64,000 bases of DNA from an uncultured Clostridia bacterium. GTDB taxonomy: Bacteria > Bacillota > Clostridia > TANB77 > CAG-508. A program made the translations under genes and the position numbers. The notes under the pieces were generated by a model. That model had not been told where the DNA came from. It searched no databases and worked only from the letters and a program-made list of their open reading frames with translations. Location: assembly GCA_934130285.1 (NCBI GenBank), contig CAKOXT010000001.1, positions 435,232-499,231 of the forward strand, read 5' to 3'. Below, one piece after another: positions 18,842-29,087 of this stretch. Each line of letters starts with the position of its first letter. The first letter of the stretch is position 1.

Positions 18842-20866
18842 TTATTTTTCTAACATTATTTTTATAACTTCGGAAACGCTCCATGCTTGGGCAAATGCTC
18901 CTTTAGGTTCATATGGCATTTTTGAATCATATAGTTCAGAAATGCTACCTAAGCATCCCTCTTTCATTGAATGTGTAAAACTCTTTTGATAATTATTAAT
19001 TATTTTTTCATATTCTTTTTCTAATTTTTTCTTTTCTGTCTTATCTTTTTCATTATTTATTACTGTTTTATAACTTGCAATGTATAATCCTGCTAACCAA
19101 GGCCATGTAATTCCTTGATGATAACTCATATCTCTTTTAAACCCGTCACCTTCATAAATTGCTATGTATTTCTTATCTTTTGATGATAAGGTAGCTAATC
19201 CATATTTAGTGTATAACTCTTTTGTAACCGTTTTTAGCATTTCTTTTGCTTTTCCGTTTGTTAATATCATTACTGGATATGTTGTTGATAATGCAAATAA
19301 TTGATTTGGTCTTATCTCATTATTTCCAAGCACATCATAAAGACATTTATTTTTTTCATTGTAAAATTTCTTATTAAAGTTTGTTCTAACTTTTTTAGCA
19401 AGTTCTTTGTATTCTTTTTCAGCTTCTCCATCTTCAAATTTATTAGCTAGATTTTCAACAGTTTTTAAAGCATTATACCATAAGCTATTTACTTCTACAG
19501 CTTTTCCATTTCTTGGTGTTACTGCAAAATTTGATACTTTTGCATCCATCCATGTTAATTGAGTATTTTCGGTACCTGCAGATATTAATCCGTCTTTGTC
19601 CATGTATATATTATTCTCGTCTAAATCAATTCCATTTTCAAAATGATATATTACATTTTTCAAAATATCATATAATTTTTCTTTAACAAAATCGTAATCT
19701 TGAGTATATTCTAGATATTTGTTAATTTGTTCAAATAATAATAATGAGCTATCTACGCTATTATATAATGGCCTGCTATCATATCCTGAATATCCATTTG
19801 GAACTAGTCCAAACTTAATATCTTTTGTCATCATTAATAGAACTTCTCTTGCTATATCAAATCTTTTTGTTTTTAGCAATAATCCTTCATATGCAATTAG
19901 TGAATCTCTTCCCCAGTCTAAGAACCATGGAAATCCCGCTATTATTGTGTGTAATGCAAATTTAGGTCTGTATGTAACAAAGTTGTCTGCTGCAATTACT
20001 AAATCTCGCATTTTCTCTTGTTCACTTTTACTTTTAGTTACATCAACTAATTTACTATTATCAATTATTTTACTTAATCTTTTTTCCTCGTTTAGTAATA
20101 CAGCTTTTCCATCAATTTCTTCTATATTCTCTTCTAATGCACATACAATTGTAAAGTTTTTAATTTGATTTGCTTCTATTTCTATTTCATATCTTCCTGG
20201 GACAAACAAATCTTCTTCAGGATAAAAACCTCTTTTTTCTTCTTCAACATAAAACATATTTTTAAATATGTCATTATGATGTTCAATATATTTTCCTTCC
20301 TTAGAATATAAATATACTGGCGTTGTTTTGTTATCATCTACTACTATTCTAATTTTATTTTCTTTTATTTTTTGGTCTACTTTATATTCGTGCTCTGTAC
20401 TCATACAATGAAAATCTCTAAAATTCATTATTGGAGCAATTTTCATTAATGCTTTCTGATTATTTTTTGTATTATCAACCGTATAATATACACAAACAAT
20501 ATTTTTTCCATACACCATTGCAATTTGCTTTTTTACTATTATTCCGCTTTCTGTTTCATAGTTAAATATAGGATAGTATATTTTTTCAAATTTTTCTAAT
20601 TTTTTATATCCCTCTGATATATAGTTTTTACATACATTACTATATAAAATTTCTTCTTTGTCAGCTGTTTTAATGCTTTCGTCTAATTTTGATAACACTA
20701 CATATCTTCTTGATGGAGGCACTAATGGAGCAACAAGTAATCCATGATATTTTCTAGTATTAATTCCTAATACTGTTTGTGAGGCAAATCCTCCTATTCC
20801 GTTCGTTATCAACCATTCTTTTGTTAATCCACTTTTAAGTTCTAAATCTTTCTTACTTAATTTCAT
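18842..20866 (-). CDS. Amylo-alpha-1,6-glucosidase / glycogen-debranching-enzyme family protein
   Basis: N-terminal WLITNGIGGFAS...RKYHGLLV is the GDE N-terminal-domain signature, followed by a large (alpha/alpha)6-type C-terminal domain. Size 674 aa. Confidence 0.6.
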   Translation of the reverse strand: MKLSKKDLELKSGLTKEWLITNGIGGFASQTVLGINTRKYHGLLVAPLVPPSRRYVVLSKLDESIKTADKEEILYSNVCKNYISEGYKKLEKFEKIYYPIFNYETESGIIVKKQIAMVYGKNIVCVYYTVDNTKNNQKALMKIAPIMNFRDFHCMSTEHEYKVDQKIKENKIRIVVDDNKTTPVYLYSKEGKYIEHHNDIFKNMFYVEEEKRGFYPEEDLFVPGRYEIEIEANQIKNFTIVCALEENIEEIDGKAVLLNEEKRLSKIIDNSKLVDVTKSKSEQEKMRDLVIAADNFVTYRPKFALHTIIAGFPWFLDWGRDSLIAYEGLLLKTKRFDIAREVLLMMTKDIKFGLVPNGYSGYDSRPLYNSVDSSLLLFEQINKYLEYTQDYDFVKEKLYDILKNVIYHFENGIDLDENNIYMDKDGLISAGTENTQLTWMDAKVSNFAVTPRNGKAVEVNSLWYNALKTVENLANKFEDGEAEKEYKELAKKVRTNFNKKFYNEKNKCLYDVLGNNEIRPNQLFALSTTYPVMILTNGKAKEMLKTVTKELYTKYGLATLSSKDKKYIAIYEGDGFKRDMSYHQGITWPWLAGLYIASYKTVINNEKDKTEKKKLEKEYEKIINNYQKSFTHSMKEGCLGSISELYDSKMPYEPKGAFAQAWSVSEVIKIMLEK

Positions 20867-20885
20867 TTGTATTTCTCCTAATATC

Positions 20886-22430
20886 TTATTTGTCTAGCTT
20901 TTCCATTTCTTTGTACAATTTCTGATTTTGGTTTTTCTTTTCATTTGAAGTTTGAATTGACTCTATTCTCTCACTATATTTAGCATTAAACTTACTTTTT
21001 CTTTTGGCTCTTGTTTGTGGTTTTCTTGCTTTTTCAAATTTCTTTTTCTGTTTCTTGATTCTATTATTTTCTTTTCTCTCTCTTTTTAACTCGTCTTCAA
21101 GAATTGAATTGACTAATACATATTCTGGAGTACTTTCTTTATCTCTAAATTTCAAATCATTACATATTAATTCCATAATTGATGATGCAATAGCATCTGA
21201 ATTGTGTCTTATGTACTCTCCTTCGATTTTGGATAAATTCTTTTGAATTATCTTTATTCCTTTTTTAGTAGCTTTATCAATATCTTGAAGTACAATATCT
21301 TGTCCTTCTTGATTATATTTTCTGACATATTCTGGGACAATTTCTCCAGTGTCTGCTATGCAGTAATCAATGATATCTCTGCCAGTGTGCTCAAATAATG
21401 CCTCTAAGTGATCTGTTATAGAATAGTTATCTGTTTGACCTGGCTCTGTCATAATATTTGTAATATAGAATTTTAATGCTTTACTTTCTTTGATTGCTTT
21501 AGATACATTTTTCACAAGTAAATTTGGTAATACATCAGTATATAAACTTCCTGGTCCTATGATAATTGCATCAGCATCTTGAATTGCTTCTATAACTCCT
21601 GGTGCTGGTTGGCAATTAGATGGACTGTTATATATTCTTTTTATTTTGGTTATTTTGCTATATGTAACTTGAGGTATTTTCTCTTTACCTTCTACTGTAG
21701 TGCCATCTTCTAATTCTGCACAGATCGTAATTTTATCTAAAGTTGCTGGTAATACTTGACCTGTAATGTTTAATATTTCTGTACTCTTTTTCAAACCAAC
21801 AGATGTTGATTCAAACATTTCATTCATTGACTCTAAATAAATATCTCCGAAATTTAGATTTTTTAATCTTTCATTGTTAAATTGCCAATAGAATAAATTT
21901 CTCATTAAATTTTCTTTATCTGATAATGCAATTATACTTTCTTTTATCTCTCCATATGGTAGAGCGCTTAATTCTTTTCTTGAAATATTTTCTGCTGTAA
22001 CACTATTGTCTTCAGCCATATTTACTATTGCTGTGATATTGTTTGTATATTTTTTCAAGCCTTTGATTACAGTGTTTAGGCCATTTCCGCCACCTATTAC
22101 AACTATTTTTGGTCCTTCATCATACATTGTTTTATTGAATATTAATCCTTTAATATTCAAATTAGCTTTTCTTCCTTTTTCAGTTGATGTGTTATTTGCT
22201 TCTATTAATATTTCCAAAAGTCTTTTTTGCATAAATATAAAACCAACAACTACAGCTGTGAAGCCTAATACAAATGCTACAACTATTTGTATTACTTCTT
22301 TTGGTCTTAAAACCTTATATTCTAATATACTTGCAAAAGCAAAACATGTTAAACATATACCAACAAGTATTAAAAGCATCCATCTTTTTATTTTTGTTCT
22401 AGAATTGAACCAGCTAAAAAAACCTTTCAT
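20886..22430 (-). CDS. YvcK/CofD (UPF0052) family protein with an N-terminal membrane extension and a C-terminal Lys-rich tail
   Basis: IVVIGGGNGLNTVIKGLKKYTNNITAIVNMAEDNS matches the YvcK glycine-rich N-terminal motif. The usual DDGGSSG motif is replaced by EDNSVTA. There are about 100 aa of TM segments at the N-terminus and a K/E/R-rich C-terminal 90 aa. Confidence 0.55.
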   Translation of the reverse strand: MKGFFSWFNSRTKIKRWMLLILVGICLTCFAFASILEYKVLRPKEVIQIVVAFVLGFTAVVVGFIFMQKRLLEILIEANNTSTEKGRKANLNIKGLIFNKTMYDEGPKIVVIGGGNGLNTVIKGLKKYTNNITAIVNMAEDNSVTAENISRKELSALPYGEIKESIIALSDKENLMRNLFYWQFNNERLKNLNFGDIYLESMNEMFESTSVGLKKSTEILNITGQVLPATLDKITICAELEDGTTVEGKEKIPQVTYSKITKIKRIYNSPSNCQPAPGVIEAIQDADAIIIGPGSLYTDVLPNLLVKNVSKAIKESKALKFYITNIMTEPGQTDNYSITDHLEALFEHTGRDIIDYCIADTGEIVPEYVRKYNQEGQDIVLQDIDKATKKGIKIIQKNLSKIEGEYIRHNSDAIASSIMELICNDLKFRDKESTPEYVLVNSILEDELKRERKENNRIKKQKKKFEKARKPQTRAKRKSKFNAKYSERIESIQTSNEKKNQNQKLYKEMEKLDK

Positions 22431-22465
22431 TCTTTCTCATCCTTTCTAGTTGCAATTTTCTATTG

Positions 22466-23353
22466 CTATAATATAATAACTTCTAATTCTAATTCTTTAT
22501 CAAATTTTTCTTTTATCGTTTCTTTGGTATATTTAATTAATTTTACAATATCTTTTGCAGTAGCATTTCCTGTATTTACGATAAATCCAGCATGTTTTGT
22601 AGAGATTTGTGCCCCACCTATTGTGTATCCTTTTAATCCAGCTTCATCAATTAACTTAGCAGGTATACAATCTTCGCCTCTTTTAAATATGCTTCCAGCG
22701 TTCGGCATATCTAATGGTTGTTTTTCTTTTCTTGATTCCATAAATTGTTTTCTATTTGCTTTTATTTCTTCAATATTGCCCTTTTGTACTTTAAATGTGC
22801 AACCAATTATGATCCACTTTTTATCAAAGAAAATACTATGTCTATATGCAAAATTTTGCTCTTCATTTGTTAATGTTCTTATTTTATATTTTTCATCAAG
22901 AATTGTAGTTTCTAATAAAACATCCTTTATTTCTGAACCATATGCACCTGCATTCATTTTAACTGCACCGCCTATAGTTCCTGGTATCCCTGATAAAAAT
23001 TCATATCCAGAAATTCCTTTTCTGTATGTAAATTCTGAAAGTAATGCAACTGGAACTCCGGCACCAACTGTTATTTTGTCCTTTTCAATTTTTAAATGTT
23101 TAAAATCTAATTTTATGATGATACCTCTGAAACCAGTATCCTTTACTATTACATTACTTCCATTGCCTAATATATAGATTTTCATTCTCAAGCTTTTTGA
23201 AACTTTAAGAACATAAATTAGTTCTTGAACATCCTGTACTTTGACGAAAAAATCAGCTGTTCCTCCTACTTTAAATGATGTATGTTTTGACATATTTTCA
23301 TTCATTAAAACTCTTTCTTCTGGAATCCCTTTTATTAATTCATCATAAATCAT
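22466..23353 (-). CDS. murB: UDP-N-acetylenolpyruvoylglucosamine reductase
   Basis: FAD-binding domain (GGTADFFVKVQDVQELIYVL) and a MurB C-terminal domain. Size 295 aa. Confidence 0.85.
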   Translation of the reverse strand: MIYDELIKGIPEERVLMNENMSKHTSFKVGGTADFFVKVQDVQELIYVLKVSKSLRMKIYILGNGSNVIVKDTGFRGIIIKLDFKHLKIEKDKITVGAGVPVALLSEFTYRKGISGYEFLSGIPGTIGGAVKMNAGAYGSEIKDVLLETTILDEKYKIRTLTNEEQNFAYRHSIFFDKKWIIIGCTFKVQKGNIEEIKANRKQFMESRKEKQPLDMPNAGSIFKRGEDCIPAKLIDEAGLKGYTIGGAQISTKHAGFIVNTGNATAKDIVKLIKYTKETIKEKFDKELELEVIIL

Positions 23354-23361
23354 ATTTCCTC

Positions 23362-23814
23362 CTATTTTATATATAAAATTTTATTATTTTCTGGAGTTAT
23401 TTTGACTGTACTGTTATAACATTCTCCTGTGTAATAATTCACAATATATGTATCTTCTGTATTAGTTATTCCTATTTCCTTTAATTGTTCAGGTGTAAGT
23501 GTATAATAAATTTTATCAACATCGCTTTCACCCCAATATTGATTTTCTTCTTCCCAAACTATATCACCATCGGGTTTTTGACTGCATTGTGTTCCAACTA
23601 TAAAGCTGGCATCTCCTGTTGTTTTATATTGCTCATATTGTTCATATATTGCATGATGAACAGCCTCTAAATCTGCAAGCAATTGTTTTTCTTTACTGTA
23701 ATTTGCACCTGTAATTGAATAATTAATCGTTATTGCTGCAATTATAGCTAATACTATAATTGTTATTACTAATACTATCATTGTAATTCCGTTATTATTT
23801 TTTATCTTTCGCAT
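23362..23814 (-). CDS. Small prepilin-like protein (atypical class III-like N-terminus, two Cys in the C-terminal region)
   Basis: N-terminus MRKIKNNNGITMIVLVITIIVLAIIAAITI resembles a prepilin cleavage/methylation segment (G-I-T-M-I...) but lacks Glu+5. It shares the GIT[LM]I[AV]LVITI motif with the 604-aa vWA protein at 51743..53557. Confidence 0.4.
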   Translation of the reverse strand: MRKIKNNNGITMIVLVITIIVLAIIAAITINYSITGANYSKEKQLLADLEAVHHAIYEQYEQYKTTGDASFIVGTQCSQKPDGDIVWEEENQYWGESDVDKIYYTLTPEQLKEIGITNTEDTYIVNYYTGECYNSTVKITPENNKILYIK

Positions 23815-23962
23815 AGTTAAAGTCCCCCTTTTTAGGATAAGCTTATCATATCATTTTTTCTCTTTTTTTACAAGAATTAATCAGACAAAAGCATAAAAAG
23901 TCTATACGAATTTTACTTCATATAGACTTTTTTAATTTTACATTTTACTTTTGATACCTAAA

Positions 23963-25186
23963 TTACATATCATTAATTTTTACGTTTCTTTTATGCTCTA
24001 TTTTCTCCCATTCTGTATTTGGCTTAATTAAGCATTTTATATTTATAACTATCCAAGATCCCATAAATACTGGATATAATAATATACCTTTCCACATTTT
24101 CTTTATAGGTTTCTTTTCAATTATCATAACAAATATTGCTGTTAAAACAGGAACTATAAATGTTGCTACAATATACTTTAAATAGTTAAATATTAACATT
24201 CCTGCTGACATTCCATCTGCCAAAAAGATTATTGTATTAATTGCTAATAATAAGAATGTAACAATCATCATAGGAATTCCCATCAAATAAAGGAATCCAT
24301 CAAAATTCATCAATGTTCTGTATTCTATAACTCCTTCAGCTAAGTCTTTTGTATAGTATTTCATACATTGTAGATGTCCTACTGTCCATCTTGATCTTTG
24401 TGACCAGCTTTGTTTAAATTCAGTTGGTTGTTCATCATATACTATAGCATCTGTAGCCCATCCTAGTTTTCTTCCTTTAGCAATATTTTTAAGAGAGAAC
24501 TCTATATCCTCTGTTAAAGTTATAGTGTCCCATCCTGTTGGTTTTATTAAATTAAAGTCTACCATAAAACCTGTACCATTTATTAATGGTGATAATCCTA
24601 AATTATATCTTGCTAAGTGATAGAATCTATTCATCATCCAATAGAATAATGCATATCCTGCTGAAATCCAACTATCTGCTGGATTTTTTATATCTCTATA
24701 TCCTTGAACTATTTCTTCTCCTTGACATAGTTTTTTATTCATAGCATTTAAGAAGTTTTTATCAACTACATTATCTGCATCGAACACACAAAAGGCATCA
24801 TAATCTGCATTTTCTTTTATTTTTTGATTTAAGAACCATTGCATTGCAAAACCTTTTGTTTTTTTCTTTTCATCAAATCTTTCATACACAATAGCACCTA
24901 AGTCTTTAGCAATTTGTGCTGTGTTATCTGTACAGTTATCAGCAATTACATATATGTCATAAAGTTCTTTCGGATAATCTAATGCTTGAAGACTTTCTAT
25001 TAAAGCCCCTATGACAGATGCTTCATTGTGTGCGGGTAAGATCATCATGAATTTGTGTTTCTTATTTTTTATTAATGGTTTTTCTTTAAATTGTATTAGT
25101 GCACAAGCGCTTATTATTAGTTGATATAACCAATATATAACTATTATCCAACCAAGTGCTTGTTGAAGTATATAAATATATTTCAT
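23963..25186 (-). CDS. Processive family-2 glycosyltransferase (membrane-embedded; PgaC/IcaA / cellulose-synthase-like)
   Basis: GT2 DXD region (YVIADNCTDNT, VFDADN) and the Q(R)SRW motif (SQRSRWTVG) typical of processive beta-glycosyltransferases. Multiple TMs. Confidence 0.7.
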   Translation of the reverse strand: MKYIYILQQALGWIIVIYWLYQLIISACALIQFKEKPLIKNKKHKFMMILPAHNEASVIGALIESLQALDYPKELYDIYVIADNCTDNTAQIAKDLGAIVYERFDEKKKTKGFAMQWFLNQKIKENADYDAFCVFDADNVVDKNFLNAMNKKLCQGEEIVQGYRDIKNPADSWISAGYALFYWMMNRFYHLARYNLGLSPLINGTGFMVDFNLIKPTGWDTITLTEDIEFSLKNIAKGRKLGWATDAIVYDEQPTEFKQSWSQRSRWTVGHLQCMKYYTKDLAEGVIEYRTLMNFDGFLYLMGIPMMIVTFLLLAINTIIFLADGMSAGMLIFNYLKYIVATFIVPVLTAIFVMIIEKKPIKKMWKGILLYPVFMGSWIVINIKCLIKPNTEWEKIEHKRNVKINDM

Positions 25187-25208
25187 ATTTTTCTACCTCT
25201 TTCTTTTC

Positions 25209-27353
25209 CTATTCTTCTACTTTTTCTTGTTCTGATTTATTTTCTTCTTTGTTTTCTTCGCCAAATCTCATTGTAAGATTTATTCTATCTTGATCATCAA
25301 TATCTGTTACTTTTACCATAACTTCTTGTCCTACTTTTAAGAAGTCTTCTACATTTTCAACTCTTTCTTTTGTTATCTTAGATTTGTGAACTAAACCTTC
25401 TTTTCCACCACCTACTGCAACAAAAGCTCCGAAACTCATTATTTTTGTAACTTTTCCTTTATAGATTTGACCTACTTCAATTTCTCTTGCAATATCTTCT
25501 ATCATTTCTAACGCTCTTGGGCCATCACTGCCTTCATTTGCATATATAAATACTGTTCCGTCTTCTTCGATATCTATTTTTACGTTAGTTTCTTCAATAA
25601 TCTTATTGATCATTTTTCCACCAGGTCCAATTACATCTTTTATTTTGTCTACACTAATTTTTGTGTTGATAATTTTTGGAGCATATTTTGAAACTTCTTT
25701 TCTAGGCTCTGATATAACTGGTTTCATAATATCATCTAGTATATGCTTTCTTGCTTTTCTTGTTCTTTCAAAAGCTTCTGCTATTATATCATATGATAGT
25801 CCATCAACTTTAATGTCAACTTGGATAGCAGTAATTCCTTTTTCTGTTCCTCCAACCTTAAAGTCCATATCTCCAAAGAAATCTTCAATTCCTTGAATGT
25901 CTGTAAGCATTACATAGTTTTTGTCATCGTTAGGATCTGTTACTAATCCTGTTGAAATTCCTGCAACTGGTCTCTTAATTGGAACACCTGCATCCATCAA
26001 TGCCAATGTACTTCCACAAATACTTGCTTGTGATGTTGAACCATTTGAAGATAATACTTCAGAAACTAATCTCATAGCATAAGGAAATTCTTCTTTTGAT
26101 GGCAATACTGGAACTAATGCTTTTTCTGCTAAAGCTCCATGTCCAATTTCTCTTCTTCCCGGTCCACGAGATGTTCTTGCTTCTCCAACGCTATATGGTG
26201 GGAAGTTATATTGATGCATATATCTCTTAGTTTGCTCTTCATCTATTCCATCAAGCATTTGTTCTTCACTAATCATTCCTAATGTAGCTACTGTTAATAC
26301 TTGTGTTTGACCTCTTGTAAATAATCCACTACCATGAACTCTTGGTAATAATCCAACTTCACAAGATAATGGTCTTATTTCATCTAAAGCTCTTCCATCA
26401 ACTCTTTTATGTTCATCAAATATTAAGCTTCTTACTGTTTTCTTTTCTAGTTTATATAAAACTTCTCCAATTTCTTGGTTATGTTCGTCAACAAATTCTT
26501 CTCCATGTTGTTCTTTCAAGTATTCTTTTACATCATCAGATAATACAGACATTCTATTGTCAATTACAGTTTTATCTTTGTCTTGTACGTCTGTTTTCAT
26601 TCTATCTTTGAATTGTTTTTCAACTTCTTCATATAAATCTTCATTAACTGCAAATGATTTGTATTCAAACTTAGGCTTTCCAATTTCATCTTTCATCTTT
26701 TGGATGAATTCACACATTTTTTTAATTTCAACATGAGCTGTTTTAATTGCTTCAAGCATTACATCATCAGGAACTTCGTTAGCTCCTGCTTCTATCATTG
26801 CTATTTTTTCAGCTGTTCCAGCTACTGTTAATGTTAAATCTGATTTTTCTCTTTCTGCTGATGTTGGATTGATTATAATTTTTCCATCAACTAATCCAAC
26901 ATTTACTGCAGCAGTTGGTCCTCCAAATGGTATATCAGAGATTGAAAGTGCTGCTGAAGCACCTATCATTGCTGCAACTTCTGGTGAATTGTCTTGTTCA
27001 ACTGACATAACAGTTGCGACAACACATACATCATTTCTAAAATCTTTAGGGAATAAAGGTCTAAGTGGTCTATCTATTGCTCTTGATGTTAATATTGCTT
27101 TATCACCTGGCTTTCCCTCTCTTTTTGTGTATCCTCCAGGAATTTTTCCTACAGAATAAAGTTTTTCTTCAAAATCAACTGATAATGGGAAGAAATCTAT
27201 TCCTTCCTTTGGTTCTTTTGAAGCTACTACATTTACTAGTACTACTGTTTCTCCGTATCTTACTAATACGCTTCCGTTTGATAAACCTGCAAGTTTTCCT
27301 GTTTCAAATGATATTTTTCTTCCTGCAAGTTCTGTTTCATAATATTTTACCAT
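25209..27353 (-). CDS. pnp: Polyribonucleotide nucleotidyltransferase (PNPase)
   Basis: 714 aa with two RNase PH domains, KH and S1 domains, and a typical N-terminus MVKYYETELAGRKISFETGKLA. Confidence 0.9.
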   Translation of the reverse strand: MVKYYETELAGRKISFETGKLAGLSNGSVLVRYGETVVLVNVVASKEPKEGIDFFPLSVDFEEKLYSVGKIPGGYTKREGKPGDKAILTSRAIDRPLRPLFPKDFRNDVCVVATVMSVEQDNSPEVAAMIGASAALSISDIPFGGPTAAVNVGLVDGKIIINPTSAEREKSDLTLTVAGTAEKIAMIEAGANEVPDDVMLEAIKTAHVEIKKMCEFIQKMKDEIGKPKFEYKSFAVNEDLYEEVEKQFKDRMKTDVQDKDKTVIDNRMSVLSDDVKEYLKEQHGEEFVDEHNQEIGEVLYKLEKKTVRSLIFDEHKRVDGRALDEIRPLSCEVGLLPRVHGSGLFTRGQTQVLTVATLGMISEEQMLDGIDEEQTKRYMHQYNFPPYSVGEARTSRGPGRREIGHGALAEKALVPVLPSKEEFPYAMRLVSEVLSSNGSTSQASICGSTLALMDAGVPIKRPVAGISTGLVTDPNDDKNYVMLTDIQGIEDFFGDMDFKVGGTEKGITAIQVDIKVDGLSYDIIAEAFERTRKARKHILDDIMKPVISEPRKEVSKYAPKIINTKISVDKIKDVIGPGGKMINKIIEETNVKIDIEEDGTVFIYANEGSDGPRALEMIEDIAREIEVGQIYKGKVTKIMSFGAFVAVGGGKEGLVHKSKITKERVENVEDFLKVGQEVMVKVTDIDDQDRINLTMRFGEENKEENKSEQEKVEE

Positions 27354-27363
27354 GTTTCCTCCT

Positions 27364-27608
27364 TGGGAGATGTGTAGAGATCAGACTTAAGCTCATATTT
27401 CAACAAAATAATCATTATTTTGTTGTGTCAAATGCTCTATTCGTATTCTCATTTTTGAAAAAATAATTGTAATTTTATCTGAGTCATCAATAAAGCAGTT
27501 ACATATATGTTCTTTTGCTTTTTAATATATTTTTCTTTGCTAAAATTTAATTTTTCCAAACATCTTGAAATTTTAATATGAACTTAAGTCTAACATCTAA
27601 CATCTCCA
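27364..27608 (-). promoter_or_regulatory. pnp 5' leader with a long-range imperfect inverted repeat (candidate RNase III processing / autoregulatory stem)
   Basis: ggagatgtgtagagatcagacttaagctc at 27364 pairs with gaacttaagtctaacatctaacatctcc at about 27581. The region lies between the rpsO terminator and the pnp start. Confidence 0.4.
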
Positions 27609-27627
27609 CTAATTTTTTATAAAAAAT

Positions 27628-27653
27628 AGCGTAGCTCATAGCTACGCTGTTTT
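27628..27653 (-). terminator. Rho-independent terminator after rpsO (attenuator before pnp)
   Basis: agcgtagct-cat-agctacgct followed by a U-run on the minus strand. Confidence 0.5.
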
Positions 27654-27917
27654 TTATTTTCTTAAAGATAACTTTTGAGCTATATCTCTGTATCTTTGAA
27701 TGTCTTTTTTTGCTAAATAGTTAAGTAAGTTTCTTCTTTTACCAACCATTTTTAAAAGTCCTCTTCTTGAATGGTTATCTTTTGGATGAACCTTCAAATG
27801 TTCTGTTAATTCAGAAATTCTTTCTGTTAAAAGAGCTATTTGAACTTCTGGTGAACCAGTGTCATTTTCTTCTCTTTTATAAGTGTTAATTATTTCTTGT
27901 TTTCTTTCTTTAGTCAT
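27654..27917 (-). CDS. rpsO: 30S ribosomal protein S15
   Basis: 87 aa; ...[42 protein letters not shown] is the S15 signature. Confidence 0.9.
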   Translation of the reverse strand: MTKERKQEIINTYKREENDTGSPEVQIALLTERISELTEHLKVHPKDNHSRRGLLKMVGKRRNLLNYLAKKDIQRYRDIAQKLSLRK

Positions 27918-28142
27918 ATCGCACTACCTCCTTATTTTTTATTTGCCAATCACTGAGTATGAGTAGGTTTTTCTCAAACTAAGTAATGGTAATTTGCATG
28001 CAGTAATATTTTACTATATTTTTCTTTTAAATGCAAGAGATTACTAAAAAATATTACCTTTTACTTGTAAATAATTTCTAAATATATTATTATTTTATTA
28101 GTAAAAAACATACATTAACTTTTACTAATTTTAAGGGGATTA

Positions 28143-28985
28143 ATGAAAATGCATTTATATGACATACTAGGAGTATCGAAAACAGCTACTAGCAGTGAAA
28201 TAAAAAAGGCTTATAAATCTTTAGTAAAGAAGTATCACCCTGATGTTTTTGAAGGGAATAAAGATTTAGCTGAGTCTAAAATAAAAGAAATAAATGATGC
28301 TTATGATACTTTATCTGATCCAGTACTTAGAGAGGAATATGATCGTTCACTTGAAGTTCCGGAAACTGATGATGTTTTAAAAAATTCTGCATATGATGAC
28401 ACTTCTGAATCCGAAGTTCAAAAACATTATAATGATTTTAGAGATAGATATGAGAATGTTTATAAATATGGTAAATCTGGTAGATACACTACGAATTACT
28501 ATGGAGTCTCTCATGATTCAAGCAAAGCAAATGCCTGGGATTACGAGAAAAATAGACCTTTACGCGATTCCGATTTCTTATTTGGATCTCGTTCAGCTTT
28601 TATTATCAGAATGTCTTTAATTATATTATTGATTTTGATTCTTCTGATTTTATGGCTTTCTTTTATGAAAAAGTATATGGATAATAATTATGTTCATGTA
28701 CCTGTTGTTGAAAAACCAGCTTACCAAAACGATGATCTGCCCTTGATAGATTTTGATATGGCCTATGAAGATGTTGTTGTTCTTCTAGGTGATCCAGATC
28801 CAATTCAATATAAAGGTTCTAATCTATATGCTTATTGGGGAAATTCCTACATTATATTTGATAAAAACTTTAAGGTAATTGGTTGGCTAAATAATGGAGC
28901 TTTTCATACCGATGAATACACTGGAGCAGCAAGTAAACATTTAAGAGAACTTTATAATTCAATAAATTCTTCTTATAACTATTAA
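28143..28985 (+). CDS. J-domain (DnaJ-like) membrane protein
   Basis: N-terminal J-domain with the HPD motif ([29 protein letters not shown]), a central TM ([13 protein letters not shown]) and a C-terminal domain of unknown function. Confidence 0.7.
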   Translation: MKMHLYDILGVSKTATSSEIKKAYKSLVKKYHPDVFEGNKDLAESKIKEINDAYDTLSDPVLREEYDRSLEVPETDDVLKNSAYDDTSESEVQKHYNDFRDRYENVYKYGKSGRYTTNYYGVSHDSSKANAWDYEKNRPLRDSDFLFGSRSAFIIRMSLIILLILILLILWLSFMKKYMDNNYVHVPVVEKPAYQNDDLPLIDFDMAYEDVVVLLGDPDPIQYKGSNLYAYWGNSYIIFDKNFKVIGWLNNGAFHTDEYTGAASKHLRELYNSINSSYNY

Positions 28986-29087
28986 ATTGTAAGATTTAAT
29001 TTATAACATGTTGCAAATAAAAAAACTCTCAACTTAAAGAACTAATATATGGTTTGCTTTAAGTTAAGAGCTTTTTTTATACTATAA

